Shown: one piece after another, positions 1 to 15,365 of the stretch
How positions within the stretch are numbered: position 1 is the first letter of the stretch
Layout: each line of letters begins with the position of its first letter
Assembly: GCF_009914755.1 (NCBI RefSeq)
Contig: NC_060938.1
Reading direction: 5' to 3' (one strand)
From: the human T2T-CHM13v2.0 reference genome, Homo sapiens
DNA length: 64,000 bases
The notes under the pieces: generated by a model
Told to the model about the DNA's origin: nothing
Seen by the model: the letters and a program-made list of their open reading frames with translations, nothing else
The model's database searches: none
Program-made: the position numbers and the translations under genes

Positions 1-2022
1 TTCACAAACTCCTACACATTTATCCTCATTCACCATCTGTGACCATTTACTCTTCCTCCTTTTACAATGGATAAACTATTAATTCCCCTTGCTAAAACCC
101 AGATTTTGCTCATTCCTTTATCACTTATTCAAAAATTTTCTGTATCCTTTATTCTCTCATTTCCTTCTTAAAGATCATTCACATCAGCATGCAAATAAGC
201 TGTTATTTTTCTCATTTAAAAAACAACCCTCTTGATTCTACTTCCTCCAGCTATTCCCCATTTCTCTGCTCTATTTTACAAAGAAAACGTCTAGAAATAT
301 TAGTGTAAACTTGATGCCTCCAATTTAACTCTTTTCCTAGTCTCCTCAACCACACCAATCAGGTTTTTGCCTTTAACACTCCACTGCAAATAATCTTGTC
401 AATGTCCTAGCTGACCTCCATGATATGGGTGAATTCTTAGTTTCTGTTTTTATTTGATTAATTAGCAGCATTAGACTTGAAACACATTTTTCACTTGGCT
501 TCCAAGAACCCACACTTTCTTGGTTTTCTTCCTATGACACTAGCTACTCCTTTTGTCTCACCTTTTCTGGTTCTGCCTCATTTCTGACTCTTAACATTAC
601 TCAGTACCTTGGTGATCTTATCCAGTCTCATGGCTTTAAATATGCTGCTGACACCCAAATTCGTATCTCCAGCTCCTGCCTCTCTCCTCTGAACACCAAA
701 TGCCTATACCGATGCTCTTCAATTTATGATAGGGTTATGTCCCAATAAGCCCATCATAATTTAAAATATTCTAAGTGGAAAAAGCATTGAAACTATCTTA
801 AGTTGTTACATCTAGCCCATGGAACATCATAGCTTAGCCTAGCCTACCTTAAACATGCTCAGAACACTTACATTTGCCCACAGTTGGGAAAAAAAAATCT
901 ACTGAATTCAGTGTCTATCTTATAATAAAGCACTGAATATCTCAAATAATTTCTTGAGTACTGTACTGAAAGCGAAAAACAAAATGATTATATGAGTACT
1001 TGAAGTATGGTCCCTACTGAATGTGTAGCACTTTCACACTGTTGTTGAGTTGAAAAATTCTAAGTTGAACCATAAGTAAGTCAGGGACCATCTGTGTACA
1101 ATTCCTACTGACATCTAAATTTGTCTAATAAACATCACAAAACAACCTGTCCAACATAATTTATGATTCTCCCTCTAACCAAAACTACACAACCTGCAGC
1201 CTTTTCCATGTCATGCAACAGAGACCGTTTTTTCCAATTTCTCTGGCACAAGATGTTGAAATAATTCCAACTCTTCTCTTTTTGTCATATTGTGTTTCCA
1301 ATTTGTCAGCAAATTCTGTCAACTATGCCTTCAAAACATATCCAGAAAATGACCACTTTTTGCTATCTCCCCTCCTACCACTGTGGTCCAAAGAGCCATA
1401 ATGATGGATTGCTTGGATTATGGAAATAGCCTCCTAACTATTCTTTCTGCTGCCATTCATTCTCTTCTTCAGAAAATTTTCAGCACAGCAGCCAAAATGA
1501 TTCTTTAAAATGTTGTGGCTTCCGATGTCCCGGAATGAACGCCACAGCTGTTATAATGGCCTACAGGGCTCTATACCATCTACTCCATTTCTTACCCCTA
1601 ATAGACCTCATATGCTACCTTCTTTCATGTTCACATCACTCCAGCCACAGTAACCTCCGTGCTCTTCCTAGGACACAACAGACTTTTCTGTCTCAGGACC
1701 TGCACTCGTGGAGTTCCTACTTCTAAGAATTTTCTTCTCCATGTAGCTCTGCACAGCTTAGTCTTTCATTCCTTTCAGGTCTTCTTCTCATTGAGATCTT
1801 ACCTGGCTTCCTTAGATGAATTGCAATCTCCATTCTCTCTACTCCTCTTCCCTGTATATTATTTATCACCATCTAGTAAATATTTCACATAATTTTCTTA
1901 TTCATTTTGTTTTTGTCTCTTCTATCCTAAAATATAAGCTTCATGAGGGCAAGAGATTGTGTGTCTTTAACAGTGACAGGCTTCTAGTAGGTGATTAGCA
2001 GATATCTGTTGCAAAAAAATGA
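1..2022 (+). mobile_element. LINE-2 (L2) fragment, ORF2/3' part, interrupted by a DNA transposon
   Basis: Degenerate L2-like pyrimidine-rich sequence ending in a decayed L2 3' terminus (tagtaggtgattagcagatatctgttgcaaaaaaatgaa); boundaries approximate. Confidence 0.7.
709..1094 (+). mobile_element. MER47A/Tigger5-like non-autonomous DNA transposon
   Basis: Starts TA|c(c)gatgctcttcaatttatgatagggttatgtccc and ends gtaagtcagggaccatctg|TG; imperfect terminal inverted repeats, TA target site. Confidence 0.75.
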
Positions 2023-2441
2023 AAAAGATGGCAAGCAACAGCAATGACAGAGAAAAACTGACTGATTTTCTAAATACTGAAAAATATAATAACAGGGTGA
2101 AAAGGAAAAAAAACTTGCAGATAATTAATTTTAACCAGCAGGAAGTTCATTCTGGTTGGAGAAGTAAAAAGCACGCAGTGTATAATTTTGCCCCTTAGAG
2201 GAAAAGTTTCAGTAAATGTCGTTAATATAAGAGAACCTAGAACTGTCCCCATAGGGCAGATCCTCATCTCTTTTACCAGTCTTTATAACTGACTTAAAGA
2301 AAGCAAAGTGACCCATATCTAGCTCATTTAGTAGATCCTCAATAGATGTTCATAGACTGAGCAAAAAGTAATGACTTATCAGTGAAAGAGTTTATTTGAT
2401 ATTACTTCCTGGATTCAGGGAGAAATACAGTGAGTAACTAA

Positions 2442-2867
<426 letters not shown>

Positions 2868-4756
2868 TAGGGGTGTCCTCTTCTCTCCCATAGTCCTACC
2901 CTCAGACTTCATAAGAGAAATCTTTCTTTTATTCGTATTTCAACTCTCAGCCTGGAACAAAGCTATGACAAAAACAAAAACGTATTCTGAAAGCATCCAT
3001 TATAAGGTTTATAAAAGTAAAATTTCAACAAAACTCAAATATTCACTGTAATGTTTCACACTAGATCAATGGACATGTTATCAAGGCCTCAATATCCTCT
3101 GATTACATAAAAGCAGAATGACTTCACAACTCATCTCAGTTCAACAACTAATATGTATGTATTAGTGAAAGATTTTCCCCTGGGTCTCCTCCTTTATGAA
3201 CAAAACTTTCCCTTTAAGCATGATCTATTCATCGAAGTATTCTAGCTTTAGCAATTTTCATGAGGCCTGTGTAAAATTGTTGCTATATATGAATAAAAGG
3301 TGATATATTAGATATTGGGTATTTGGGGCATTGGGCAGACTTTTATTTAAACAATTAAATTTTTATGTTTTATCCATAAATGGTGATAATATAAAAACTT
3401 AGCCTAAGAACTCTTGAAATGGTGGTGAGGTTTCACTTTTAATTGAATCCTATATGATATTTATTCTCTTGAGATCAATGCATGTTAACCCCGATATCAT
3501 ACTCTATATCTAGCAAGGGAGAATAGAGGTTTTTAGAGAGCTTAGCAATAGAAAATTCAGTCCTATCAAAGAACTTCAGTTCAATTTAATATAATATATT
3601 CTATTTATATTCACTGAGCAATGATCATATGTTGAATATGTTACCAACACTCTATGGCATGGTCTCCAATATTTTGGAACTTACAGTCTTTCTTGACCTA
3701 TGTCTGCATGCATAAAAGAAAATCAGAATTCTGCCTCAGATCATGATAAGTGAATGGTACCAAATTTGCCTCCTGCCGAAAGAAACTGTAAAACTGGACA
3801 TAAATATATGAGACAACTGTTTTCTGGTATTAGGCACAGACAGCTCAGAACCGCAATCATTGAGGGGAAAAAAAAAGCACAAGGTGGTCACCATTTTTGA
3901 CTAGCTTCCTGTTTGGGGGCATTTTTCAGACTACTTCTAAGGGAAGTGAAGCCCAAGGAGAGGCCAGTGGTATCACTAAGCAAAGGAGAGAAATACAAGA
4001 GTTTGGAACTACAAAAGCAGCAAGAAATTCTGGGATAGAGAACTGGAGATGAGGAAGATGTGCAGAAATGGAGCCCAAAAACTCTACCCAGGAGGTTCTT
4101 GGCTGAAAGATTGGCAGCAGATATGTAGAAAGAGATACCACAAGGCCTAACAGAGGGTGGAGTTTGCGGGGCTCAGAGCTGTCCCACAAGAGAGACGCAA
4201 TGGGTCTTCCAATGCTGAGAGATGTTTGGCCACTCTTCCACCCTCACTGTGTACTTCAGTCATTTAGTTTGGACTCCAGAAAGGACATGTCTAAGGAATA
4301 AGAACCACTTTAAAGTAGGAATATGCCGTAAGACTAAGGAAAAAATAGAGCAGCTCTAAAATAACAACAACAACAACAACAAAACCAAGCGTGAAATAAA
4401 AGGATTTACTACTAACAACCTAACAAAACAAAATTAAATATCTTTTTTAGTAAAAAATAGACAACATAATGAAGACAAAATAATTACCACAATGTCCAGC
4501 ATAAGATTTGAAAAAATACTAAATTTGCGAGCCGCAGGAAAATGTGTACTAAAATTGAGAAAAATGCTGCCAATAGAAACAGAATTCCAAATGATTTGCA
4601 GTTTGGAATTAGCAGACAAGAACTTTGAAGGGCTATAAAAATGTACAAAGACACATAAAAAAATGTGGGCCTCAAGAACAAACAGATAAGAAATGTCTCC
4701 AGAGAAATGGAAACTCTAAAGTATTCAATTTCTAGAACGTGTTAAGCATATATCTC

Positions 4757-5110
4757 TGATATGGTTTGCCTGTGTCCCCACCCAAATCTCAACTTCAATT
4801 ATATCTCCCAGAATTCCCATGTGTTGTGGGAGGGACCCACGGGGAGGTAATTGAATCATAGAGGCTGGTCTTTCCCGTGCTATTCTCATGATAGTGAATA
4901 AGTCTCATGAGATTTGATGGGTTTATCAGGGGTTTCCGCTTTTGTTTCTTCCCCATTTTTCTCTTGCCACCACCATGTAAGAAGTGCCTTTTGCCTCTCG
5001 CCATGATTCTGAGGCCTCCCCAGCCATGTGGAACTATAAGTCCAATTAAACCTCTTTTATTCCCAGTTTCAGGTATGTCTTTATCAACAGCAAGAAAATG
5101 AACTAATACA
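4757..5110 (+). mobile_element. THE1 (THE1A/B-like) MaLR solo LTR
   Basis: TGATATGGTTTG..TGTGTCCCCACCCAAATCTC start, ...AACTAATACA end, 5-bp TSD ATCTC. Confidence 0.92.
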
Positions 5111-5592
5111 ATCTCAAATAAAAAATGTATTGATTGGCTTAATAGCAGATTGGAGACTGTAACAAATAGGCCAATGAACTTGATGACAGATCAATAAAAA
5201 ATTATCCAGTCTGAAAAACAGCAAAAGATAATAATAATAAATAAAATAAAAATCTTACTAGAGTCTTAGGGACTTGTAGGAGCAATAGCAAGCTATCTGA
5301 CCAATTTGCAACAGGAGGTCCATAAGAAAAGGATAAAGTTAATGAAGCAGAAAAAAAAAAAGAACAACAACCATCTGTTTCTAAAATCTAGTGAAAACAT
5401 TAAGCTATAGATCCAAAAAATACAGGAAACTTCAAGCAGGATAAACACAAGGCTAACTACACCTAGGAACAACATAATCAAATTGCAGATAACCAAAGAT
5501 AAAGAGAAAACATACATAAGTAGTCATTAAAAATACACATTATACACAAAGATACAAGTAACGGCTGAATTCTCATCAGAAAAATGCAGGCC

Positions 5593-5882
5593 AATATAGT
5601 TAGATAGAAAGCATAAGTTCTAGTGTTTGGCAGTATAGTAGAGAAATTATAGTTAACAATGATTTATTGTATATTTCAAAATAACTAGAAGAGAAAAATT
5701 ATAATGTTCCCAACAAAAAGAAAAGATAAATGTTTGAGGTGATGGATATCCCAATTACCCTGATTTAATCATTGCACAATGTATACAGGTATTGGAATAT
5801 CACATGTACCCCAAAATATGTATAGCATATATACCAATTAAAAAATCTAAAAAATAAATTCAGAATCTAATTCAAAAATAGA
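5593..5882 (+). mobile_element. 5'-truncated L1 (L1MA-like) 3' end
   Basis: L1MA-type 3' UTR and A-rich tail; 15-bp TSD AGAAAAATGCAGGCC at 5578-5592 and 5883-5897. Confidence 0.85.
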
Positions 5883-6963
5883 AGAAAAATGCAGGCCCGA
5901 AGAATATGAAATGATGTCTTCAAAGAGCTAAAAGGAAAGAGAAAGCATTTTCCAAAATTTTATACACAGTGAAAAATATCCTCCACAATGAAGGTAAATT
6001 AAAGACATCTGCAGATTAGAGAAAACAGAAAATCCATCTCCAGCACACCTGCACAACAAGAAATACTAAGGCTAATGGAAATGATTCCATGTGGAACCAT
6101 GAATCAACAAGAAGAAATGAAAAGCACCAAAAATGGTAAATATGTGGATGAATATAAATGATTATCTCTTTCCTCTTAATTTAAAAGATTACTAACTGCT
6201 TAAACTAAAAATGAAACCTTTTATTTGGTCAGATTTATAATGTATGAAGTAGCAAAACCAATGGTAACAACTGCATTAGGAATCGTGGAGTAAATAGAAT
6301 TGCACCCTTGTAAGAGTCTCACATATTACACCAGGTGGGACAATAGTAGTTCTAGGAACACAATAATGAATTAAGAATGCATAGCTCCTAGAGAAATGAC
6401 TAAAAGTCAATAATACTAGTGCTTCAGTAAGGATCACATCTCAGACCTAACAAAACCACCTCAAGATTGTCTTGAAGACACACTCTGGCAGGTTAAGTGA
6501 GATGGCTTCACTGAATGATCAAGTTGAAACAAGTGCCATCATTGTAGTACTTTTTCAAGAAATAGTTGATGTGGGTTTCTGGCCACAAATTGTGTGGCCT
6601 ACTCCCATTAAAAAAAAAGAATGTTGCAGTATTCTTAATTATCTCCACTAATTGCCCTTCTATTTGCTTCCTGAGAGTTAAAACCATGTCCAAAACAAGT
6701 TAGAATGAGAGCCAAATGAGCCTTTTCTTTGGAGAAAAAAAAAAACATTGACAAACTATTTGTTTAATCTTTATACCAAGGTCTCAGGGACGAAGACTAA
6801 AACAATGACTTTATATAGACTGAGTAATAGACTGAATAGTATGTTGTAGGTGGCCATATAGATTTAACACTATTTTTAGAGGAATTAGGGTAATGGTGAG
6901 CATTTCTCCTTCAATAATGTTTTTTTCTAAAAGCTTGAAATATTGCATACTTTGATTGCATAA

Positions 6964-7286
<323 letters not shown>

Positions 7287-7706
7287 CTATTCTTTAGCTA
7301 TTTTTAATAACAGCAAGATTCACCTTCTGAAGTGCTGTGCTTATTGACATAATTCAAGCCTGGGGACTTGTAACATCAAAAGAAGTTCTGATATTTCTAT
7401 TTAATTCTGGCCTTTTATTCACATTCTTTCATTTTTCCATTTTCAGCTAGTCTCTCATTTTTGCAGTGGTAATGAGAGAGATGAGTAGTTAGAATAAGTC
7501 TGTTCGTCAGACAAATAAGATGGCATTTGTCTTTGAGAGCACTTTTAATTTTCCTTTGTGCTGAGGTAAATCAGAAGCCTGTTAAGCCATGAAATGTTTT
7601 ACAGTTCAATATATATAACAATATACATTGTTTTAGGCAAGAAGCCCTAGCTTTAGAGACCTGTGTCTTTCTGCAGTCTAATAAACCCTCAAATGCATTT
7701 GTCACC

Positions 7707-8128
7707 TGTGTGAGTCCATTTTGCATTGCTATAAAGGAATGCCCGAGACTGGGTAATTTATAAAGAAATGAAGTTTATTTGGCTTGCAGTTCTGCAGGCT
7801 GTACAAGCACAGCAGCAACATCTGCTCAGCTTTTGGAGATGCCTCAGGAAGCTTACAGTCGTTGTAGAAGGTGATGGCAGAGCAGGCATGTCACATGTTG
7901 AGAAAGGAAGCAAGAGAGAGAGGAGGAGGTGCCAGGCTGCTCTAAACAACCAGCTCTTTCATAAATTAACAGAGCAAGAGCTCACTCATTACCATTGGGA
8001 AGACATCAAGCCATTCTTGAGGGATCTGCCCCCATGACCCAAACACATCCCACCAACCTGCACCTCCAACACTGAGCATCACATTTCAACATGAGATTTG
8101 GAGGGGACAAAACATCCAAACTATATCA
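7707..8128 (-). mobile_element. MST (MSTA/B-like) MaLR solo LTR
   Basis: Reverse-strand MST motifs: cattgctataaaggaatgcccgagactgggtaatttataaagaaa ... ccaaactatatca. Confidence 0.85.
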
Positions 8129-8481
8129 TTACAGAAGGCATCGAAGAGGAATTCTTCAGAGCAATATTTTTCTAGTAACTTTCCCACTGATAAAATAAAA
8201 ACCTTTGCTTATTGTAGAAACAATAGAAGTTGAGAGACTCGTTTATGTTCCTCAAGAAAGAACAAGTAAAACCCCATTTCCCAGACCAAGGCTTTTGAAG
8301 CTACTATATTGTGCAAAACCACACCAAGCAGATTCATTTACCATTTTGCCCATCCAGTATGCAGACATTGCATGTTGCATGGACTCTGACCTCAAGGATC
8401 TCACCATCACTGTAGGAGATGCACACATGAACAGATACTTACAATGCAATGTGAAAAGTCAATCATCATTACAATCCCCTA

Positions 8482-9115
8482 TGTACTAAAAAATGTAGCC
8501 TTGCCTAAGGAAAGAGAGAGCTGGCTTCTGCCCTTGGCTTCTGGAGGCAGTCTGTAAACCCTTGGAATGTCATGCCTGATAGGGTTGTCTTTGTTTGCCT
8601 GCTGGCCTTGGATAAGACAGATAAATAACCATGTGATTTAGAGAGGGGGTTTTGGGTCACATAGTGTAAGCTAGATCTCTTGAGGGGCTGGAAATGGAGA
8701 TCTAACATGTGGGCAATCAATTGTGCTTACGTGATGGAACTCCAACGAAAACTCTGAACACCAAGACACCCATGAGTTTCCTGGCTGGCAATACTCAGCA
8801 TATCACCAGACATCAATCCTGGGAAAGTAATGCCATTCATGATTCAATAGGTGAAGGACAACTAGAAGCTCTGGGTTTGGCACTTTCCTAGACTTTGCCC
8901 TGGGTACTTCTTTTCTTGGCTAATTTTAATCTGTATTCTTTTGCTAGAATACAAACTAGAGTAACAAACAATGACTGTGATTATACAGCTTTTAGTAAGT
9001 TCTATGTACACTTCTAGTGAATTATTGAAACTGAGTGTGTTTGGGGGAACTCCCCAAACTTGCATTTGGTTTCAGAAGTGAGAATGGTCTTGTGGACTGT
9101 GCTCCCTCATACATC
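8482..9115 (+). mobile_element. ERVL-type solo LTR (MER21/MER77-like)
   Basis: TG start and LTR-like body resembling the MER21 group; subfamily uncertain. Confidence 0.5.
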
Positions 9116-11053
9116 ACATCACCTGTATCTTCAATGTCTTCTAACTATGACTTAATCCTGGCTTTTTCCTAAAAACACTTCTTCCCTGGGAGCCCTCTCA
9201 AATAGTGACTGTTTCTTTCCCACATTCCTCAGGCCTCTGGATGCAGAGGTGGGTTAAGTGTTCTCCATTTTCCTCATTTCCATTCTGGACCATTCTCTTA
9301 GCTGTTTTAAGAAAATCTTCCATTTCTAATCTCATGCTATCACTTTCCACCACCCACTACCTTTCATTGTTGCAATCATCTGCGTCCCCAAGCTTTAGAT
9401 CACCTTCACTCCTCAAAGTTACCACCTGGCCTGGTAACTAATTGCCTTACCTGTCTCATGGATATGTAACTTTTGTTAGAAAAGTGCCATCCTGAAGAAA
9501 AGCCCAGAACTCAATCTGTACCAATCTAGACCCCTATCCAATCCAGGATCCCTCTGTCCTGAGCTGATCCTTCTATAGCCCTAAAGCCTATTTTCTCTAA
9601 TAATATTTTTATGGAATTCTTTAAGGTTACTTGACTGCATAACACACCAAAGTTTCAGTTTTATTCCCTGCATTATTTTTGGCTTCTTAATCAGTTTGTG
9701 GGATATACCAGGGTCATAGGACCTCTCCTGGGAAAACTTTTGTGATCCATTCATTTTGATGGTTATATTTTAACATAGTTTCAAATTAAACCCTGCTATG
9801 TGCACAGAGAGGTGCTTGTTGCTTGGAATTCAAAGATAGAAAGACATCATTCCTATCCTCAGTTAGATCACTGTCCAATTGGGGGGATGGAACAGAAACT
9901 TAAGTATGTGTTGGAGCACAATATGATACAAACTAGACGAAGGCTTTGAAGGCACAAAGGACGAAGTATTGATGGAACCTTTCATTGATGTCTGGCAGTG
10001 GAACAGACAAAATCCTGCAAGAAGTCACTAAGAAAAATGGAGGAAAGATAAGTGTGTGACCTTCAGCTTTAACACAATATTTAGTCCCACTAATTGGAGC
10101 ACAGCCAGAGGAGAGGAACCTGAAAGTGAAGGAAATAAATGAAATCATGTTAGCCAAAGGAAATGGAGCCTTAAGTCTGAGAAGAAGAAGACATGGATGG
10201 ACATGATAGCTGGATTCAAGTGTGAGAATTGGTATCATTCAAGAAGACAAATGTAGTTCTTAGTAGCCTCAGATTGCAGCATTCAGAAGTTATCAAAAGT
10301 ACTGGATTCAAGTCAGCTGTAGAATTTTCCTCTCAAGTAGAGTACCTAAAATGCAATGTCTGCTTCAGGAGGTAATGAGTCCTTTGTCACTAGAGAGGCT
10401 CAGGGAGAGTTTGGACACATATTTCCAGGGATGTTGTAGAGAAGATAAAATAATCATTTGGTGACAGGACTAAATGGTTTAAAACAGCTCTCTTTCTAAG
10501 GTTCTATACTTCTGTGCCTCTCCTGGTTCCCTGTCATCTGGCAAAGCCTAGAAAATAAATGAGCGTGAGAAATACTGCCTTTCCAGAGGTGACACACTTG
10601 GTTTGTTTGGCCTTTCCTGTTTATCTTTCCTCTGTGACATTTCTTCTCTAATCTACACAGAGCATATGCAATCAGTGAATTTAAGATGTAGAGTTATTTT
10701 AGTACAGTGGAAGAAAATGTCAGCATAAGTAAGATAGAGTAGGTAGATTTTAAGCTCATAGTCTAACATTATTTAATTAGCATGGCAAGAATTTAAAGAA
10801 TTAAACAGCCTCTTGCAGACTCTCCCTTCTCACCCTCCCCTATTCACTTGGTACATTTTCTGTATTGCCAGTTCTGAGTGTGGACAACAGAATACACTCT
10901 GGCTAGTCTAAGGAGAAAGTGGATTTTTAAAAAATGGCATAAGCAGGTATTTTATATAAAATAGAGAAAAATGCAATTTTTTTAAAAAACAAACAAAACA
11001 AAAAACCTCACCCTCATCACAAGGATGCAATATGTTTCCATAATGTTCTTACT

Positions 11054-11490
11054 TGTATTAGTTTTCTATGACTGCTATAAAAAAAAAAATACCACAAGCA
11101 ACATGGTTAAAAACCACAGAAATTTCTTCGTTCACAGTCTGGAAGCCAGAAGTCTGAGCTCAAGGTGTTTCAGGGCCATTCTCTTTCTGAAGGCTTCTTT
11201 GCCTCTTCCAGCCTCTGCTGGGTGGCTCCTGGTAGCCCTTGATTTGTGACAGTGTAATTCCAATCTCTGCCCCTATCTTCACATGGTCTTCTGGGCTGCA
11301 TGTCTCCCTGTGTCCTCTCCTTTTCCTCTGAGTATACTAGTCATTGGACTTAGAGTCCTCCCTAAATTCTGGTGGATTTTGTCTTGAGATCCTTAGCTAA
11401 TTAAATCTCCAACGACCATATTTTCAAATAAGGTCACATTCTGAGGTTCTGGATATACATGAATTTCTGGGGGACAGTGTTCATCCCATT
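11054..11490 (-). mobile_element. MLT1 MaLR solo LTR
   Basis: tgtattagttttctatgactgctataa...cacagtctggaagccagaagtctgag...aaataaggtcacattctgaggttctgg motifs. Confidence 0.8.
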
Positions 11491-11749
11491 CCCCTTGTCA
11501 TAACTGAAATGTGGCTCCATGCTGAGGACCCTGCATCTCTCTCAAGCACATCTCATTCTTTCAGGGCTCCTCCAGCTGCTACTCTTACCTCTTTATTCCT
11601 CCATCTTTATGGGAAAACACATCCTCTTTTAAGATTTTTATCCTCGATATCTCATCTTCTCCTCTTCCTCATATGATAAAAGACAAAGACTTCCAGACTA
11701 GATTTAAAATACCAATGACAAAATTCACTACATGTTATTTATGACAGGG

Positions 11750-12118
11750 TGGTGGTTTCATACTGTGTCAATTTAATAAGCCGGGACACTTTCTGTATGT
11801 TCTCAGGCTAAAGTGTGTGGAAGTGAAGTAGCAGCCATTATTTTCTGAAGATTCTGGAGGCTAGACACAGGGAGAAATGAGGCAAGAGCTGTCCCTACAC
11901 ATTTCTACCAGCTCCCCTTACATTCCCACTCTGGCAGCTGGATAGGCTATTTTAGGAGGCCTGCTTTTTAACTTTTCTCTGAACCTCCAGCTTCCTCTTT
12001 CTGACCTGGATATTCTCAGCTTCTCCCACAATTGTGTAAGGTATTATTCCTGCAATAAATTTTTTGTCCATTGTATTTATAAAGGTTCTATTTCTCTAAC
12101 TAAACCCTGACTAATAGA
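11750..12118 (+). mobile_element. Decayed MLT2-like LTR
   Basis: gtggtggtttcatactgtgtcaattt start, AATAAA, and ...aaccctgactaataga end. Confidence 0.45.
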
Positions 12119-13148
12119 AATAGACAACATTTCCCACTAGAATGTAAATTCCATAAGGCAGATTTTTTTTTTTGGGTCTTTTTCATTCACTGCTTTGATC
12201 CTAGAACACTGTCTGATATATACTAAATAATCAATATTAATTGAATAAATTAATAGTTAATAAGAAGCAGATTTGAGAAGAATATGGTGATGCCGTCTTC
12301 AAAATGTTGAACTGGGGTTAATTTACATCATCTAAGTGTAGGCATCCTGTATGCAGCTGGTACTCAGGAGAGGCCTGGGACAGGAACATGAGTCATCAGC
12401 CTAAAGGTAGAGCCGCACCTATGATAATGCATGAGATTTCACCTGGAGAGGGGCCAAAGTGAGGGTTGACCTCTGGGGCATTAACACTGAGGGGTAAGAG
12501 GAAAATTAGGTAAGAGAATGTCAAGGAAACAACAGTAGATAAGATCATTAAGAAGGAGAGAGAGAGTGTATCAACATTTAAAATGATAATTAAAAGTAGA
12601 TAATATAAGTTCTGAAATGCTTTCACTGTATGTGGCAACAAAGGGAACAGAATGCCCTTAGCAGGAGTAGTTTTATGATTAAAAACTGAGATAGTAAGTG
12701 TTAACCGATCTTTCCAGACAATTGGCCCTGAATGGCAAGAAGGAAATATGGTGGTAAATAAAGAACACATAGGATCAATAAAGAGTTTTTTAAAAAGATG
12801 AAAAGGAAAACATTGAAAAAGTCATACACACACACACACTTGTGTGTGTTAGTATGTAATTGTACATTGCACCTAATGAAACCTAGACAAGTGAACTGAA
12901 ATCTGGCATTTACTAGCTGTGAGATCTTGGTCAAGTTAACAACAACAACAACAACAATAAATCTTTCTATAATCGTTTCTTTGTCTGCCAAATGGGTATA
13001 GTAGTGGTTCTGCATCATATTCTTTTAAAAAGTAAAGAAGATGATATAAAGTTCTCACTATTGTGCCAAATAGATAAGATCAGTAACTGAAAACTCATGA
13101 GTTACTTGCTGTTGCTAAGAAGAGAGAATGAGTGGAAAGGGAAAGTCA

Positions 13149-13489
<341 letters not shown>

Positions 13490-14630
13490 TCAATTGCAGA
13501 GAAAGTAAAAGGAAGGGCCTTTGGGAACAAAGTCCCCTGAGAAGTTTGGAAGTTAACAGATTCAAGGCAAAGTATGAGACAATTCACCTTAAAAAGGAAT
13601 AGTTTTCTATAAAGATGAGAGGGAAGATGGGAAAGAGTTAGGATCCTAAAAAATTTAAGGAGTACAGGGAATCAAAATGAGGAAATTTCTGCTTCATCAA
13701 TGAACTCTATTTTTTCTGCGAAGCAAGATCAGATGCCTGACCACTGTGAGTTAAGGAAAGAGCTGGAATGAAGTAGGGTACTTGAAAAGAGTAGCACTCA
13801 TTTGAAGGAGCAGTTGTGGGGAATAAAGATAACTGTGTAGGGACAGATCAAAGGCTGGTCAGACAAGGTCGTGGACCCAATTTAAGATGAGGAACAATGA
13901 CTTGCAGGAGCAGCAATCCCATGCAGTTGTGGACTTTCTCTAGCTGCCATTCAGCAGCTTGGGTTTACAAATGGAGAATGTGGTGGTGGATTGGTTTGTT
14001 ATGGGGATTTTGCTGTACAAGGAAGTGAGGAAGCTGAGGGCACTAGCAAGAAAGTATCCGAAGCCATGAATCCTAGGCATAGTCAGCAGAGGGAATGCTG
14101 AAGTCATGAAGGGGCTGAGGTTTGAGAATCCTGGGGCCAGAAGAACAAGTGTGGTAGAATATGGAGCTATTTGGAAGAACTGATGCTTGCATTGAAGGTA
14201 TGAATTTTCTGAAGTTAGGGAGAAATTCTCTCCTAGGGCTCCATTTTCTCCAGAGTTGTTTTCTCCAATCTTCAAGGGTATTTATTTCTTGCCCAGTACT
14301 AAAGTGTCTAGAGACTCTTCTGGACATTGGTTATTTGTCTGCATTTATTACAGCTGTATCATCTATATGACAGCTGTCATGGACCGCCTCTCTGCTGGTT
14401 TCCACCAAGAGACTGGGTACTCTCAGCCTAAAATCAAGGCTACCTGGCCATTAATTTCAATATTCTTCCATATTCTAAGAGTTCTGGCAGGGAAAAAATG
14501 CACAGATGCCCTCTCTCCTTGGGACCCCCAACTTCTCCCTTGCCCCAATCCCATAATATCTCCAGGGATTTCTTTTCATTCTGAGTTAAATATTTCTTTT
14601 CAAACCATACTCTCTCAGTGGGCTTAGGCT

Positions 14631-15228
14631 TATAACCCAAAAATAAAATTCTAAGGTCCCCCAATCATCTGAATGGACCCCTTCTCTCAGCCAAGAGCAT
14701 TCCAAAGTTAACCTGAAAAACTAGTTCAGGACATAATGGGAAGTGGAGAGTTGAACATGCCTCATTATACCTTTCTCCCTTTTGGAATTCTGGAAAAACC
14801 AACCAGCATTAACATAAATACAGGCCTTAAGTCTGATAAGAAACATTTACAATCCATTCTCTTGGAAGCCTGCTACCTGGGGGTTTCATCTACATAATAA
14901 AACCATGGTATCAACAGCCCCTTTATTGTAACTCAGACATTCCTTTCTATTGATAACAACCCTTTCAACCAATTGCCAATCAGAAATTTTTTAAATCTAC
15001 CTATGACCTGGGAGCCCCCTGCTTCAAATTGTCCCACTCTTCCAGATTGAACCAATGTAAATGTTACATGTATTGATTGATGTATTATGTCTTCCTAAAA
15101 TGTATAAAAGAAAGCTGTACCCTGACTACAACCTTGGACATATGTTGCCAGGACCTCCTGAGGCTGTCTTGGGCAAAATAAACTTTGTAAGTTAACTGAG
15201 ATCTGTCTCAGATACTTTTGGGTTCACA
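14631..15228 (+). mobile_element. MER4-group (MER4D/E-like) ERV1 solo LTR
   Basis: aacccaaaataaaattctaaggtcccccaatcatctgaatggaccc start, TATAAAA, AATAAA, ...gggttcaCA end. Confidence 0.75.
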
Positions 15229-15365
15229 GCCTATACACAAAAAAAGCCAGGAAGTCAACCGCACACCTCACAGAGGCAAGGAATAATCAGTTGTCTACAT
15301 GAGCAAGGGAGGAAGAAAGGGGAAAACAAAAGAAGGAAAAATTAGTTTGAATCTCAAAAAAAAAC

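Larger units (their letters stand above)
3720..6410 (+). mobile_element. Old L1M 5'/ORF1-region fragments, interrupted by THE1 and a younger L1 3' end
   Basis: A-rich decayed L1 ORF1-like sequence (aacataatcaaattgcag, atatcctccacaatgaaggtaaattaaagacat); boundaries approximate. Confidence 0.6.

Noticed and set aside
12826-12849. (AC)n-(TG)n fold-back palindrome
   Set aside because: Short, low-complexity and a common microsatellite by-product.
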